A stretch of 64,000 nt of DNA from Tubulanus polymorphus (Eukaryota; Animalia; Nemertea). Position 1 is the stretch's first letter, and every line of letters begins with the position of its first letter. The notes below the pieces were generated by a model. It saw only the letters and a list, made by a program, of their open reading frames with translations, did not search any database and was not told the DNA's origin. Made by a program: the position numbers and the translations under genes. Below, in pieces: positions 25,607 through 38,491 of this stretch. Location: NCBI RefSeq assembly GCF_964204645.1, contig NC_134030.1:5188778-5252777 (forward strand), given 5' to 3'.

Positions 25607-25608
<2 letters not shown>

Positions 25609-25657
<49 letters not shown>
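25609..25657. repeat. (TAA)n microsatellite in the probable MFSD6 3' UTR
   Basis: About 16 TAA units. Explains the spurious poly-Ile ORF. Confidence 0.95.
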
Positions 25658-25658
<1 letters not shown>

Positions 25659-26209
25659 TGCAATGTGAGATATTATGTTCGATGACGTAATATCAATTGT
25701 GCATACCGGTATATTGATATTGTTATGTAAAGTAGGTTAACTAGAAAGTCATGTAAAAACGTTTATAATGATAATAGTTAAATTCATCAGTTGTTTATTA
25801 TATGTAAAATATGTTTATATAGTGATATATAGTTGTAGCCGGATATGATATTAAGAATAAATTATAACCCAGTTAGGAATGTAATATTTGTTAACAAGTA
25901 TCTGTTTTTCGTAGAGGAGGTTTTTACCACACTATACGTAACAGTAAAACGTTATTTACAGAAACAGTGAAATACGTTTTTCACTCGAAATTACAAACCG
26001 AAATTAACCGAATTATTTCAAATCAATCTCTTGGAAAGTTCGTTGCGATAAACCGCTTGAAAGATATCCCGACGACAACAACGAACAAACATGGCGAGTA
26101 TAAGTTTGATATATTTCAATTTAAATATTCACATTTATTTCCATCTCAATAAATTAAATATCCTAACTTGAAACACAAGTTATGATGGATCAAACCTGAC
26201 AATCTTATT

Positions 26210-29200
26210 TCACACATCAGTCGCTTTGTGATTGTCCCCGTTTTGTAAAACATCTAGTTTGATGGTTTCATGTAATTGATCTCCGCGAGAGAAGTCATCC
26301 TGACTATCTGTATTTACCCGTGTAGCTGGCGTTGTCAAGACTTCCATTCGCTGGAAAGGAAAAGTTGAGAATCGCTCTACATATCACCCGTTGAACGATT
26401 TTGATCGATATTTATTGAAAGGTTTTCACGGCTCACACTTACTTGTTTCAAACTTCCAGGCGTTCGGAGAATTTGGATGGCCATAACTAACGGTATTTGA
26501 ACCATCGAAAGTAACGCAAGAGATATCCCGAAAATCTTAGCCCAAAGAGGATACTCGTACAAACCGTTATATTTCGGCGCCTCAAACTTCATGGCACTAA
26601 ACACAAACGTCCCCTGTAATATACGTATCATTCTTTGAAAATGTATTTCATCGATTTGGAACCGATAATTATTTTCTGTATATATGGCGAACCATTTTTC
26701 ATTTCCACAACCTACCACGGTCAAAATCGGCGCCAATACCATCCACGCGACCTTGAACCATCGGTTTATTTTGTAACCGATCATTTGAGCAATATTCTCG
26801 TAAAACCTGTTGGCACCTGAAAATCGGATGGTTTTGTGAAAAATACGACTGTCTACTTCACTTATTTGCACATAACGTGTGAGATATCTGGGGAAGGATA
26901 TTACTCTTACCATAAAACCACGCGATCGTTACACATTCCCAAAAACACACCCACAGCACAGATATTCCACTAGCGCTGTAGTAATCGAATAGTTGAAATA
27001 CGTAAATTCCACCCTGAATAATAAATTGAAGTTAGAAATCTTCATCATGTGTGATTTACAAGTCAAGTATCGTCTGTTAAGTAAACTGTTTTACTAAACA
27101 ATTTTAGCTTATTTTTAGTAACATTGTAATTTTCCAGTTACGTACGTTTGTTACCATAGATAGGCTGATCAAAAATGTTACCACACAGTAAAAAGCTGTA
27201 CACAGTTCTCTAGTAGGGCTTTTTCGAAATAGCTGTGGAAACGCGTTGGAAAACGTGCATAACAGTGCTTCGCAGACTACAAACTAAAATGAAACAAAAA
27301 TAAATGTTCAAATCAATCTTTGTTGTTCTCATGACGACTACAATCGAATCCTTACCTGACTATCAATTCCTAGAGTAATGATCATTAGAAAAAATAGAGA
27401 CGCCCACAGCTGCGGTATCGGTAGTTGAGAAATAGCTTTAGGATACGCTATGAAAGCCAGTCCTGGTCCTACATTAAAAGATGATAAAGTTAAAGAACAA
27501 ACTGGATGTTCGACGCGGTTTGGTATCGTTTATCTCAACAAATTCAACCTTTATCGGCAACTTCAGATATATGGACGCCTTGTTGTTTGGCCATGAATCC
27601 GAGCACGGTGAAAATAGCAAATCCTGCGTAAAAACTCGTCCCACAATTGACTATGGATACCCAGAAACATTGCCTGGAAGTAACGAAAAATATAGAAACA
27701 GAAATAATTTTCAGGCAATTATGTCGTCGAGTGGAACAAACTTAACACTCGTCATTGAATAATGAAATACGAACCGAAATACGAACCGAATAAGTCATAG
27801 ATGGAAAAGAGGGCAAGTGATTTAGTAAAAAGCTTCTCAAAAACTACGTAGATCACTTCAAATGAAAACGTTTTCAGAAGTGCTGTGTAGTCCTATCGAA
27901 AAACGTGATTTTAATACAATATGCCTCTAGATATTCAATATGCTGTCAGAGGCTCGCGATCGACACTTATAATGCACTATATAGAGAATCGTACACTAAT
28001 ATAACGAAAAAAATGAAGTCCAGAAATTTCCATTCAGACATTTCAGGAATCCCTGAAGATGACTATCCGGCTATTGTCGAAACGTCGAATGAATGAATTA
28101 TTAGTTTTCGGACTTCATCTTTCTCGTCTTATTACTGTGGGATTCTCTCTATATATCGCCACAACACAGACATTTCACCAATGAATATTCATTTTTTTGC
28201 ACCTTCTAGTCGCATACAGCTTCTTATCGCAGCTTTTTGTTCAGATCGGCACCGTTTGTTGGCATGATCGCCAAGCTACATGCCGACTTACTTGTAACAG
28301 TCATTGCTGAACTTGTTGTGGCTGGACAAAGATATCAGCACACCCTGACCTATGGCAAAACTGAAGAAGATCTGCGTGCCGGCATCGATCCAAACCTTTA
28401 ACATAAATTCAAAACTCATACGCAAATCTCCCCTATTTCCCTATGTCGCATACGTTTACACAGATAAACACCATTTTAGCATTAATATACGCAGGGAACC
28501 TTTGGCTGCTGATGACAAAAAATGAATACCCGGTAACTTTAAGAATAAAAAGGTATTACACACCTGTGGAATAAGCAACGATTTGAAGTCTGGCTTCAAA
28601 TAGAAGATAACACCGTCAATGGCCCCATCCAGCGTTGCCCCTCGTATCAGTAAAACTGTGATAATCACATACGGGAATAACGCTGTAAAATACACAACCT
28701 GTAAAAGAAATACATCCCTTGTTCTTATGGTTACGTATTACAGATTTCTTAACCTAAGCAATATAAATTTTCAGTCTTAGAAATATTAGTCACCAATCTC
28801 TTAGCGTTAGTATTTGTAAGCTACCTTGCCAGTCCACTTGACTCCCCGAAATACACAAAAATACACGAGACTCCAAACAAATATAAGACTCAACGCTAAT
28901 TGCCAAATGATTCCACCCGGCTCATCAATTCCACCAGATACCTGTAACAACTTACGTCTGTCAAGAATAAACAGATCGGTCGATTAGAAAAGAGTCAGGG
29001 CTAGGTTTAATGAAAATACAGTCATAATTCCAGATTTACACGTACTCCCAAAATTCAACAACCGCATCTACGCGAATAGCTGTTTGGTTTTCGGTTCGTT
29101 CGGAACACAAGGATGTATTATTATCAACAGTTCCGTTTAAGCCCGATGTACACACATTGAATGATCCATCCCAACATCTGAAAATATTCAACGATTTTAT

Positions 29201-30138
29201 AAGAAGTTATAGAAAGCAATTTTAAACAAATGAAAATCGATAGAAATGTACGCGCTTTCTACGATCTGTGACGTACCTCTCAGTATTCCAGGCATTACCA
29301 CATTTTGACCAGCTTAGTACAGCGTCGAAAGACATGTAGCAATAATAAGCAGCCCACGCTAATATCACGATGTAGTACATGGCGCATAGCGACGTGATGA
29401 CCAGATTTGCTGCGCCAAGACCTGGAGGTAAAGAAACGTGAGCATCTTCGAACAACATAGATTCCTGATTATCAACAAATATGATCCAAAAGATTTGAAT
29501 TATAGATACAGCGCATTATCAAACAGTAGAAACGGCGCATACATACATACCTTGCATTAATGGGTAAATCTCCCATGCTTTCCAGGGTCCACGACCCATG
29601 TACTGACCCACAGAAGTCTCCAGGAAGTATATCGGCACACCACAACATACAAGGAATATAACGTAAGGTATCAAAAATGCACCTACGAAACAAGAATTAT
29701 TCAATTTAGTTTGAAGGTGCAAATGACGATGAAGAGTTGCATAAAAGAACTATGTATTTTCAATGATTCGTGGATTTAAAAAATGCGCATAATTCGTTAT
29801 CCCTTTAAATTTAAGTTAACACTAATGACATCCGAACATCCGCGCTCGGACCGCAGAACATTAAAAAGATGTAAAACGGACTTACCTCCGCCATTTTTGT
29901 AGCAAAGATAAGGAAACCGCCACACATTGCCCAAACCAACTGCAACCCCGATACATGTTAAAACGTACTCAATTGAATTACTCCATAGTTCACGATTTCC
30001 ATTTGTTTTCCTGGTTTGCAAAATCTTTCGATTATTGGTTTCCAAAAGCTGATCACTCACTTCATTGCATCCTGGACGCATGTTGGCACCATATCCTTGG
30101 CTAGGATATTTTCCTTGGGAATTATTCTCATCCATCAT
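26210..30138 (-). CDS. SLC6 Na+/Cl- dependent neurotransmitter/amino-acid transporter (GABA/taurine/creatine-like); ~14 exons
   Basis: [36 protein letters not shown]; GAFLIPY...GVPIYFLE; W..C.N.WNT; YFTALFPY; [11 protein letters not shown]; [10 protein letters not shown]; [11 protein letters not shown]; stop TGA at 26210-26212. Confidence 0.93.
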
Positions 30139-30930
30139 CTACCTAAGCGTAGTGATTTTCAGTGCGACGGGATCAGAATGATGTAAGTTGAGCCTTTTCT
30201 CTTTGACGATTAAGCAAAGCAGTCATTATCATGACCTCACTCATTACGGAAAAACTCTTAATCGAAGGGAAAAATATATGTCAAAATCGGGCTGAAGTTT
30301 ACTTTATTGTACATACACAAATACGAAGCTTGCATTTTTGCATATTCTTTCCTTCCAGAGGAATGTATGTACCTGGATCACGGCGCATTTTATTAATTTG
30401 GTTGTAGGTAAACAGCGCTCGGGAGCAACAAGTTCAAAACGGTAACTATTCACAGTTTTAGTAGGTAAGCCAAACATACGAGCTACATAAATACTCCATA
30501 TCATGATTTATATCATTGCTATGTAGTATGAGCCAGGAGAGGCGTAGAAACTGTTTTCTTTTACAGGTTGAAATGGAAAGAGGAAATGATGGAATATAGG
30601 TTTTGATAGAGACTAGATGTGATTGATATGGATCGGACGCACACTCTCACCGGGTCGATCCAGCGGGATGCATGTGAGTGCGATGGCATGGCTGAAACCG
30701 GCAACGACTAAAACGCACTTGGACACTTATAAATTGACAAGAGTAACTTCATACCAAAGAAAAAAATTCTAAAGATAAACATGTTGACTATGAGCTTTTT
30801 ATTCATGTCATGGGCACTATAGTATACCTACATCTACTAATATGATATTGTATACTTTATTCTACATATCGCGTGAAAATAAAATGCACACGATGCCACA
30901 TCATCGTAACAACATTTTTACTGGCAGTTT

Positions 30931-33332
30931 TTAAAGTCTACTTTGCAGTACTCTTTTAAAAGCATTTCTGCATGCTTCTGGAGCGCCTTTCCACGCGTGT
31001 CGACCTAGAAGACGATATTGTACGTTGAACGCCGGCCCGAAAAGCACTTGCCACGCCAAGAACGGTTCGCGAAATAACAACCGGAAAAACGATGGCCTTG
31101 AACCGATTTCACTTGCGAGTTCATCTTGAAATTCGAGGACCGTGGACGCCTATGAATGCAAAAATATGAGAACATTTAAAGTATTATTAGGCCGCCAACA
31201 AAATTAACCCCAATCTTGCCGGTTCAGACTGGTTGGAAGATTTTTTGATACCGGAACCGAATTTCCCAATTATGTACTTCAATTTAAACAAAATATTCTG
31301 TAAATTCGGCCGCCGATCACACAACTATGTCTGTACTTCGATTTCCGATTTCAAAATCAAACCCCCAGTTTCAATCCCGGCAGGTGTGGTGGATTTGTAA
31401 TGGACACCAAATGAAAAAATTAAACCAAACCCAAAGTTCAATCCAATAAATAACAGGGTCAAGATTTAAAAAAAAAAAACGTTCAAATGTATTCAATTAC
31501 TCCATCATCGTTTTGTCCAGTCGACTACGTCATGCACTTACCGGCATCGTTTTCCTATCGTCTCCAAACATTTCACCGACTTTTCGTGTTCTCGTTAAAA
31601 ACTCTTGTTCCATGACGTCAGCAGTTGGCAATTTCAATTGGCCGGCAAAGACAGCGGACGCCCAACGTCCTTGTAACTCCAATGATGCTACAGCCGAAGC
31701 GCCTCGATTCAGATGAGCACCGATGATCGCTAATGTCGAGTGTGTCTCTCCTATTGGCCAGACTAGACGATACAACTTCAAACGACCATGAGAGTCTGAA
31801 TATATTAAAAATCTGTCTAATTATCTAGTTATCATATTAGATAGAGTCAAATAAAACGCTTTCAAAGGCACTTGATGAACGTTATAGTTACCTGTAATGA
31901 TTGCAGGATCAATGAAATCATATTCGAAGTCGTATCCCGTGGCCATGATGATAACATCGAAATCGTGCCTGGAACCGTCATTGAACTCGGCTCCTCGTTC
32001 ATCAATCCGAGTAGTTTCATATTTAATCGCGACAGATCCGTTTCTGATGAGATCGGGAAGCGTTTCGTTTAAACATATCGGACCTTTGATCACATTCGGC
32101 GGCTGTTTAAGTCCGTACTTTTCGTGGTCGATGTGCGCGTTGGCGATACGTTTTACATTGGCGTTGACGATGGCGCCGGGGACCCACAGCAGAATGCGTC
32201 GTATCGTGGTGTCGATTGGCAATCCATTGATATACCGAGACAGTAAAGTCGTACCTCGTCCGATCGCCAAAACTACCTGATAAGTAATAACGAATACAGA
32301 TTTCGTTTACATTTTGCAGTATGGGCAATGGAGTATGAATCATCAAAGCCGATGATACGTTTCATAATCGAATCATTTGAGTGAACTTTCTGTACCTTTT
32401 TAGCATGTTCGCTACAGGCGGTGGCCATGTCTCCGGCAGAATGAGCATTCCCTGGATGAATGAGATATGAATTTTATATATTTCTATTCAATTAGATTTT
32501 AAGAAATAGATGTGATAGAATGATTTATTTACATTTAGAAATTTGACACTTCGGAAAAAGCATGTATATAGGCCAATATGTAAGAAGAATTATATATGAT
32601 ATATGGTTATAGATATATATGACTCAAGCCTTATGTTTCTTACCAATAACGAGGATATTCTTATCACGGTAAATCTGACGTTTGCCCGATCTGAATTCGA
32701 TACCGTGCTGTAAGATACCCTTGAACGTTTCACGACCTTGGATATCGGGATAAATCGGTTTTCTGTTTCTACCGATACAAATCATGACGCAGTCGAACGT
32801 CTCGGTGTGTTGATGAGATTTTGACGTGTATTGGACAGTCCATTTCCCAGTATATTCGTGGTCGGGTGCTTTCTCGATGAGAGTCACTTGTGTCTCAAAA
32901 CGGACGTATTTTCGCAAGTCAAAATGGTCGGCGTACGAATTCAAATACTCGAAGAAGTCTGCGTATGTTAAGTAGTTTGGCTTTTCCGGCGCGTGAGGAT
33001 AGTCGCTGAAGCAAGTGACCTCCTTGCTTGTATTCGTGACCAGCGACTCGTACGCCGAAGCGCCCTGATTTGGCCGACAGTCGTCTGTGTAGTGCCATAT
33101 TCCTCCTAGTAGGAGAGCAGAGGAAAATAGTAAGACGTATAAACACTTTGTTATTAGATATTATACAAGCAACTGGACTTATAATGGTGCGGACAATTAA
33201 GATCTTTAATCACTTACCGATGTCATCTAATTGCTCAAAGCATACGGGATCTAGACGTTCCTCGAGACAGGATTTGATAGCAGACAGCCCGCTGATACCG
33301 GCTCCAATGATAGCCACTTTTTTCTTGCTCAT
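30931..33332 (-). CDS. Flavin-containing monooxygenase (FMO5-like); 7 exons
   Basis: [18 protein letters not shown] motif; GGIW; [19 protein letters not shown]; [14 protein letters not shown] signature; ATGY; ELQGRW; VLFGP...QYRLLG; stop TAA at 30931-30933. Confidence 0.92.
31182..31410 (-). repeat. Dispersed ~240-bp repeat family, copy 3 (FMO intron)
   Basis: Reverse complement of the core at 3995-4245 and 22203-22437. Confidence 0.85.
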
Positions 33333-33895
33333 ACTTACAAAAGCGCTTGCCGTACTCACAAAATCACGCTTCTTTCGTGCTTACAAAATACTAGCAATAA
33401 CACACGGATTGTGTACAGTCATTATCATGGCATAGCTCGGAGACCTAGTTGATAGCTTGATATATCATATGATATTATGTCGTGGAATATTCCTTGAATG
33501 AACAATGTGGAATACGTTTCGGTGACCTCTCATTCACATTACCGGTCCGTACTGACTTCTCCCGAAAAGCGATCAGCTAATTGAACAAATACCTTAAGAG
33601 GCAGTTTTTTAACCTCATCCCGTTTGATACGATATCCACAGAAAGCTCCCATCTTAATACACATTTATCAAAAAATCAAACTTTTCTCAATCCTCTATTG
33701 TTATGTATGTACGTGTTCTTTCTATGAAATAGATCAACTTGAACTTGAACTTGAACGTCGAATAAAAAGTTCACAAAAACAAAAAATATTCGGTTCAACC
33801 TGATAAAAAGAATTTATTAGTACCGGTATAACAAGTATACATGTATCACTTTATAGTCGTGGAATATGAATGAGGCAATTATTCATAAATATAAG

Positions 33896-33943
33896 TATAT
33901 ATACACTGATATACATATATACACTGATATACATATATACACT
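33896..33943. repeat. Short tandem repeat (ATATATACACTGATATAC, ~2.7 copies)
   Basis: Direct reading. Confidence 0.8.
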
Positions 33944-34591
33944 ATAATTTACATGCACTAAAATATGCTATTTACAGTTGATTGGACCTAAAAACGATGT
34001 ATGAATGCAAATCCATTGTCACATAAAAATTAATTCGTACTACAACCCAGCTACTATAAGCTCGGACTCAAGTTGGCTTTCATAGACAAGTTACTGTCTC
34101 TAATTTATCAATTCCTGTGATTCTATTCGATAATGACTCATAGCAATTGAGTTCTCATAGTTCTTATTCTGATAGTGGCCGTTTCACTTTAGACTCTCTT
34201 GAAGTTATCTACAACAGATACAGAGACTTCACGACTTATGACATTTAATACAACTGGTATCTCTGGTATATATTGTATATAATGCGATGCTCAATTTAAT
34301 GCTCAGATTAATTTACATGGAGAGTTACTAAAACATGATACAACATGAGAATAGCTTGGGAAAATCGCAGATTGTTTCAAAATCAAGGAATTAAGGCACT
34401 TATGTTCACATCGCTATTTGGACATGTGGTCCAAGAAGGGAAGCAAATAAATATTTAAAGACTAATTAAGACATGAACACTTGGTACTTATCAAAATGTA
34501 ATATCTATCGCGTAATGCATATTTGTTGAAGTAAACTATTAGGACTGACAGCATATCGCATACATCCAGCTGCATCCCCATTGCGGTCCGG

Positions 34592-37500
34592 TTACTGGAA
34601 GAACCTGTCATAGAACTCTAACGCCTGACTCGGTCCACCAATAACTTGAATCGCTCTACCGACAACATGTACCCATTCCAATGATGAATTATTGTCGTAA
34701 GATTCTTTGAGTTTTTCAATCGCCTGGAATAAAATAAGTCTAATCGAGTACACATCTTTAATCAGTAAATGAAAGAATAGAAAAATCTATGTACCTTTCT
34801 AGTCATGTTATCTGGTGATGATTCCGCCCGTAAACGAGTTAAGTCAATTTCCCTTTCACCTAAAAAGAATTGAGTGCGTGTGATTTTTATCTATGCTTTG
34901 CGGCGTTGAATATGAATGGTGTTAATGATAAAAAAGATAAATTTCTAAAAAGAAATTTCATGGATAGGTCGATTTGCTTTCGATTTTTCGATTCATAGAT
35001 CGTATAGTTTTGAAGTTGTTTTGATTTGGTTAGTCAGTTAACCCGCCAGGAATCTTTCCCATAACGGGGGACTTCGATTCACATCTGTGCTGTCGCAAAA
35101 GTATCTTATAGAAAATCGAAAGTTAATATAAATGAAATATAAGATTCGTTTCATCTAGAGCACTTTGTAATCAGAATTGCATCAAGTTAGCATTTCCGTC
35201 AACTTGGTTTCAGAAGTCACTATTAGCTTTTCATAGCATGAATTATGTTTATATCAACATTATATGCTGTCCCACAATCGAATTTCATGTGGTCTTTGTG
35301 GGCACATTGGTTCATGCATATTTTTCATGTTAACACGCCATGGTCTGAACTTTCAATTATCTCGGTACTGTCAATTTGATAGCGGAAATCCGATGGTGTA
35401 TTAGTAAATATTAAGGAACAATGAAGTCTATTTGAACTTGAGTTTTGATCGAATTTAATCCACTAGGCAGTATGGTGTTGGAAGATACCGAGAGGCCTTC
35501 TCATCTTGATCTCCTCCAGCACCTTGGCGATGTAGAAAAAAGAAGATAACTCACATAATTCGCGGCAGAATCTCTCCTTGTTGCATTCCACGACGTCCAT
35601 TTCCACTATGTCCTGACACAGATTACTGACTGAAATAAAGTGTATATATGTATCCCTGAGAGTCCTGTTACATTACCCATCTGTGGAACACAATAGTTTA
35701 GTGGCCCAGGACGCACGGATTGAATTTGTGAGCTTTTCATTCCCCTACGTTTATAAACATCGTTTATTTTAACCAGTAACTAAGAAAAGCTTATTGAATT
35801 CATACCATCTGTTGTTCGGTCTATCAACTGGAGATTTCGACAGTTTCGATACCGGCGTAGTCGTTCATTGCCACCTGTACGAAATAAACGATAGTCATAA
35901 TGAATTATGTACGTAGTTATCGTATAGGGATCACGTGACTTGATGCAGTCCATAGAACGATATATTGTGTATCGATATTTTGAATCCTAGTAGATTGATA
36001 CAATGACCAATTCTCCATTGCACTTGGACATTCATACTTTCTTGGTCTTTTGATTGTTCCAGTTTCTGATAATAACGTTTCTTTATATATACCTATCAAC
36101 ATTCGGATTCTCTGAACGCAATTTCTGATGGGTCTACATATGATATTGCTTTGCCTTCTTCTTGACCAGCAATACACAATTAGTGATGATGCCACAAACA
36201 AACCTAATAGTGTCACGACTATTATAATCGCCAGCTCTGAAATTAGACGCGTAATTCGCAAGATGAACAGGTGCATCATGTAAGATAAGTTGAATAATGA
36301 CGCTAAAATGATTTAATTGATCTTTAATCGATTTCTGCGATCGTTTTGAAATGAGTCCGTGGCATCCTCGCTTGCCGGGGTTTGCCTCCCTCTGAGAAAC
36401 TTCCGCCAACACAAACCCTGGGCGAACTTCGGTTATCGCAGTAACTCGACTATTATGCGAATAAAGTGAAACCCAATGTGAGGTAGTCGGTTGGAAATAT
36501 GGTCCGGAAATGGTCGACCACTGGATTGAGCACGGCCAAGTCGCTGTATATCACCGCTCGTTCCAAGTTGGCCGACACTTCCAAAATACGTTACGAACGA
36601 CCTAAGCGGCCACCAGTCCTATGTATCTAGCCAATCAGATGCGTAGCGAATCTGCCGGCGAAAGACAAAGCACCTGATTAGCTTGATACATACGGTAGAC
36701 AATCAAACCCTGGCAAGCGAGGGTGAGTCCATGGTTGAATGAGTAAATGAATTAGTTGCACCGTACCGGCATTTGGAGTTAAGGATGGCGTTGGATTGGA
36801 TCGATCATCATCTATTACAGTCGGCGTCGTCACTATTTCAGGTTCTGCAGTCGACACTAAAAACAGGTTAATGTGAAAGTAATGGAGCTGGTTAACCCTA
36901 GGGCTCGTAATTTGACTCTAGATCGGTTTGATTCGTTAGGGGTTTTATCTTCTTTAAACTGGGTTCAAGAGGTAGAAGTATGCGAATATGTTGTATTTTT
37001 GTTAAGTTGAACGTTATTCAAATTAACTTCATGTATAAGCTTAATACATTTCCTGGCAATATTGAGTCAACCGGAAAACCTGAAAATCTTCGAATAAACA
37101 ACTTATGAATACACGATTGTGCACGCTAACAATAAAAGGCCTCGGTAACTTTCCACAAAGTGTTTTTTTCTAAATATGCTAATCACCTGTACTGCACTTG
37201 GTGTTTCTTTCTTTTGTGCAATTTTCAGCAACTGTAGACATTTGACACGTGTCGCATTGTATACACGGTTCAGTAGGTGATCTGACGTCACTGTACGTGC
37301 CATCGGGGCATTGTTCGCAAGTCGAGTCGTTTTCGATCGTGGCTGTAAAAAATCCAAATTCATCTGAATTGATTGATTTATCATTCAACCGGGCAACAGT
37401 CGATGTAAAATGTAGCAATTTTATTTTAGTGTGTGGTTTATTTACTTATGATTAAACGTTTTAGTTTCAACAAAATGTGTATATGTATCACCTGGTATCT

Positions 37501-38491
37501 TTGCCCCGTAGCCCACACCACAATTCGTATAGTCAGGACAATATAGAATTCCGTGTTGATAATGTTTGAAATGTCCTGGTGAACAGTCACATTCGCCATC
37601 CTGTGTTGCCGTGCATGTACGAGTCACGATCGTCGAACCAACAATTCCTGTCATATATCAGAATGTAGCAGTGTTATACGTGCCATTGGTATACATGGTC
37701 AGGGCACAAAGAAAATCACCAAAAAGTCGACGCTCGCAATTTTACTAAATCAAAATATTCTGATCTTAATTCCATTATGAAATAAATTCAGAAAATCTTT
37801 AGTCCCGTAAGGTTTGTGACGGTACAAAATCTATGAGTGAATATTGTTGATCAAATCGTTTCAATTCTTGTACTACGACCTAAATAATGGCTCCCCTAGT
37901 AAATACACATTATTCTGTCACTACCATCCTCCCCCGGCAGGGATTCGAACCTGATGGCATCGAGATTGCCACGGCACGAAACCCTGCCATAATCGACCGT
38001 GTGCGCAGATACATGCGCAGTTCAGATGATGTGATTTTTAGCCAATCAGAAATCCCGTTTTATTTTAGCCCGGGTTTTCCCATTTATAGTTCTTCCTTGA
38101 AATTTGCCTCAACGATTATACAACGAGCAATCTGATTGGTGCCGCCAGTTTTCGTTCGGAAAGCTGCGCATGTACCTGCGCACCCGGTCTACTGATGCAG
38201 GGGTTCGTGCCGTGGCTGAGTGTAGCGATGCCATCAGGTTCGAGTCCCTGCAGAGGGAGGATGGTCACTACTTGTATACTTACCGCTGCACATGCTACAG
38301 GCTCTACACTCTTGGGCCCCATCGCACTCGGGGCTGTACGTCTCGGGACCACACGGCGAACACACGGTGGAGCTTTCATTGTTAGGCAAGCAGTGTCCAA
38401 TCACGTATTCCCCAGGTGGACATGCCCGGCAACGGTAGGTTATGCCGTATTCCACAAATCCATAGACGTTCGGACATTTTTTACGTCCAAG
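34592..38491 (-). CDS. TNF-receptor superfamily protein with cysteine-rich repeats, TM and death-domain-like tail (5' exons unresolved, probably up to ~39000)
   Basis: Exons ~38491-38284 (CRACPPGEYVIGHC...CSPCGPETYS), ~37649-37492, ~37343-37187 (CEQCPDGTYSD..S....C..CDTC), ~36857-36767 stalk, ~36236-36092 TM, ~35874-35806, ~35629-35555, ~34859-34795, ~34724-34592. Phases consistent where checked. Confidence 0.85.
36363..36725. mobile_element. MITE with 22-bp TIR and 9-bp TSD in a TNFR intron
   Basis: CATCCTCGCTTGCCGGGGTTTG ... CAAACCCTGGCAAGCGAGGGTG (20/22 match); flanks AGTCCGTGG (36354-36362) and AGTCCATGG (36726-36734). Confidence 0.8.
37925..38263. mobile_element. MITE with long (~100-bp) imperfect TIRs, CAT...ATG ends and a perfect 8-bp TSD
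   Basis: GTCACTAC at 37917-37924 and 38264-38271; CATCCTCCCCCGGCAGGGATTCGAACCTGATGGCATCG matches the reverse complement of the right end. Confidence 0.88.

Noticed and set aside
25469-25663. Poly-isoleucine ORF
   Set aside because: Artefact of the (TAA)n microsatellite.
35671-35690. Possible 4-nt micro-exon (cag|ATGG|gtaatg) in the TNFR gene
   Set aside because: Inclusion would shift the frame into an immediate stop. The flanking exons already join in phase.
37887-38400. ORFs containing 'TILP.QG.EPDGI' on both strands, and a possible tRNA gene (GGTTCGA motif)
   Set aside because: These are the two TIRs of a MITE. No cloverleaf or A-box/anticodon structure could be built.
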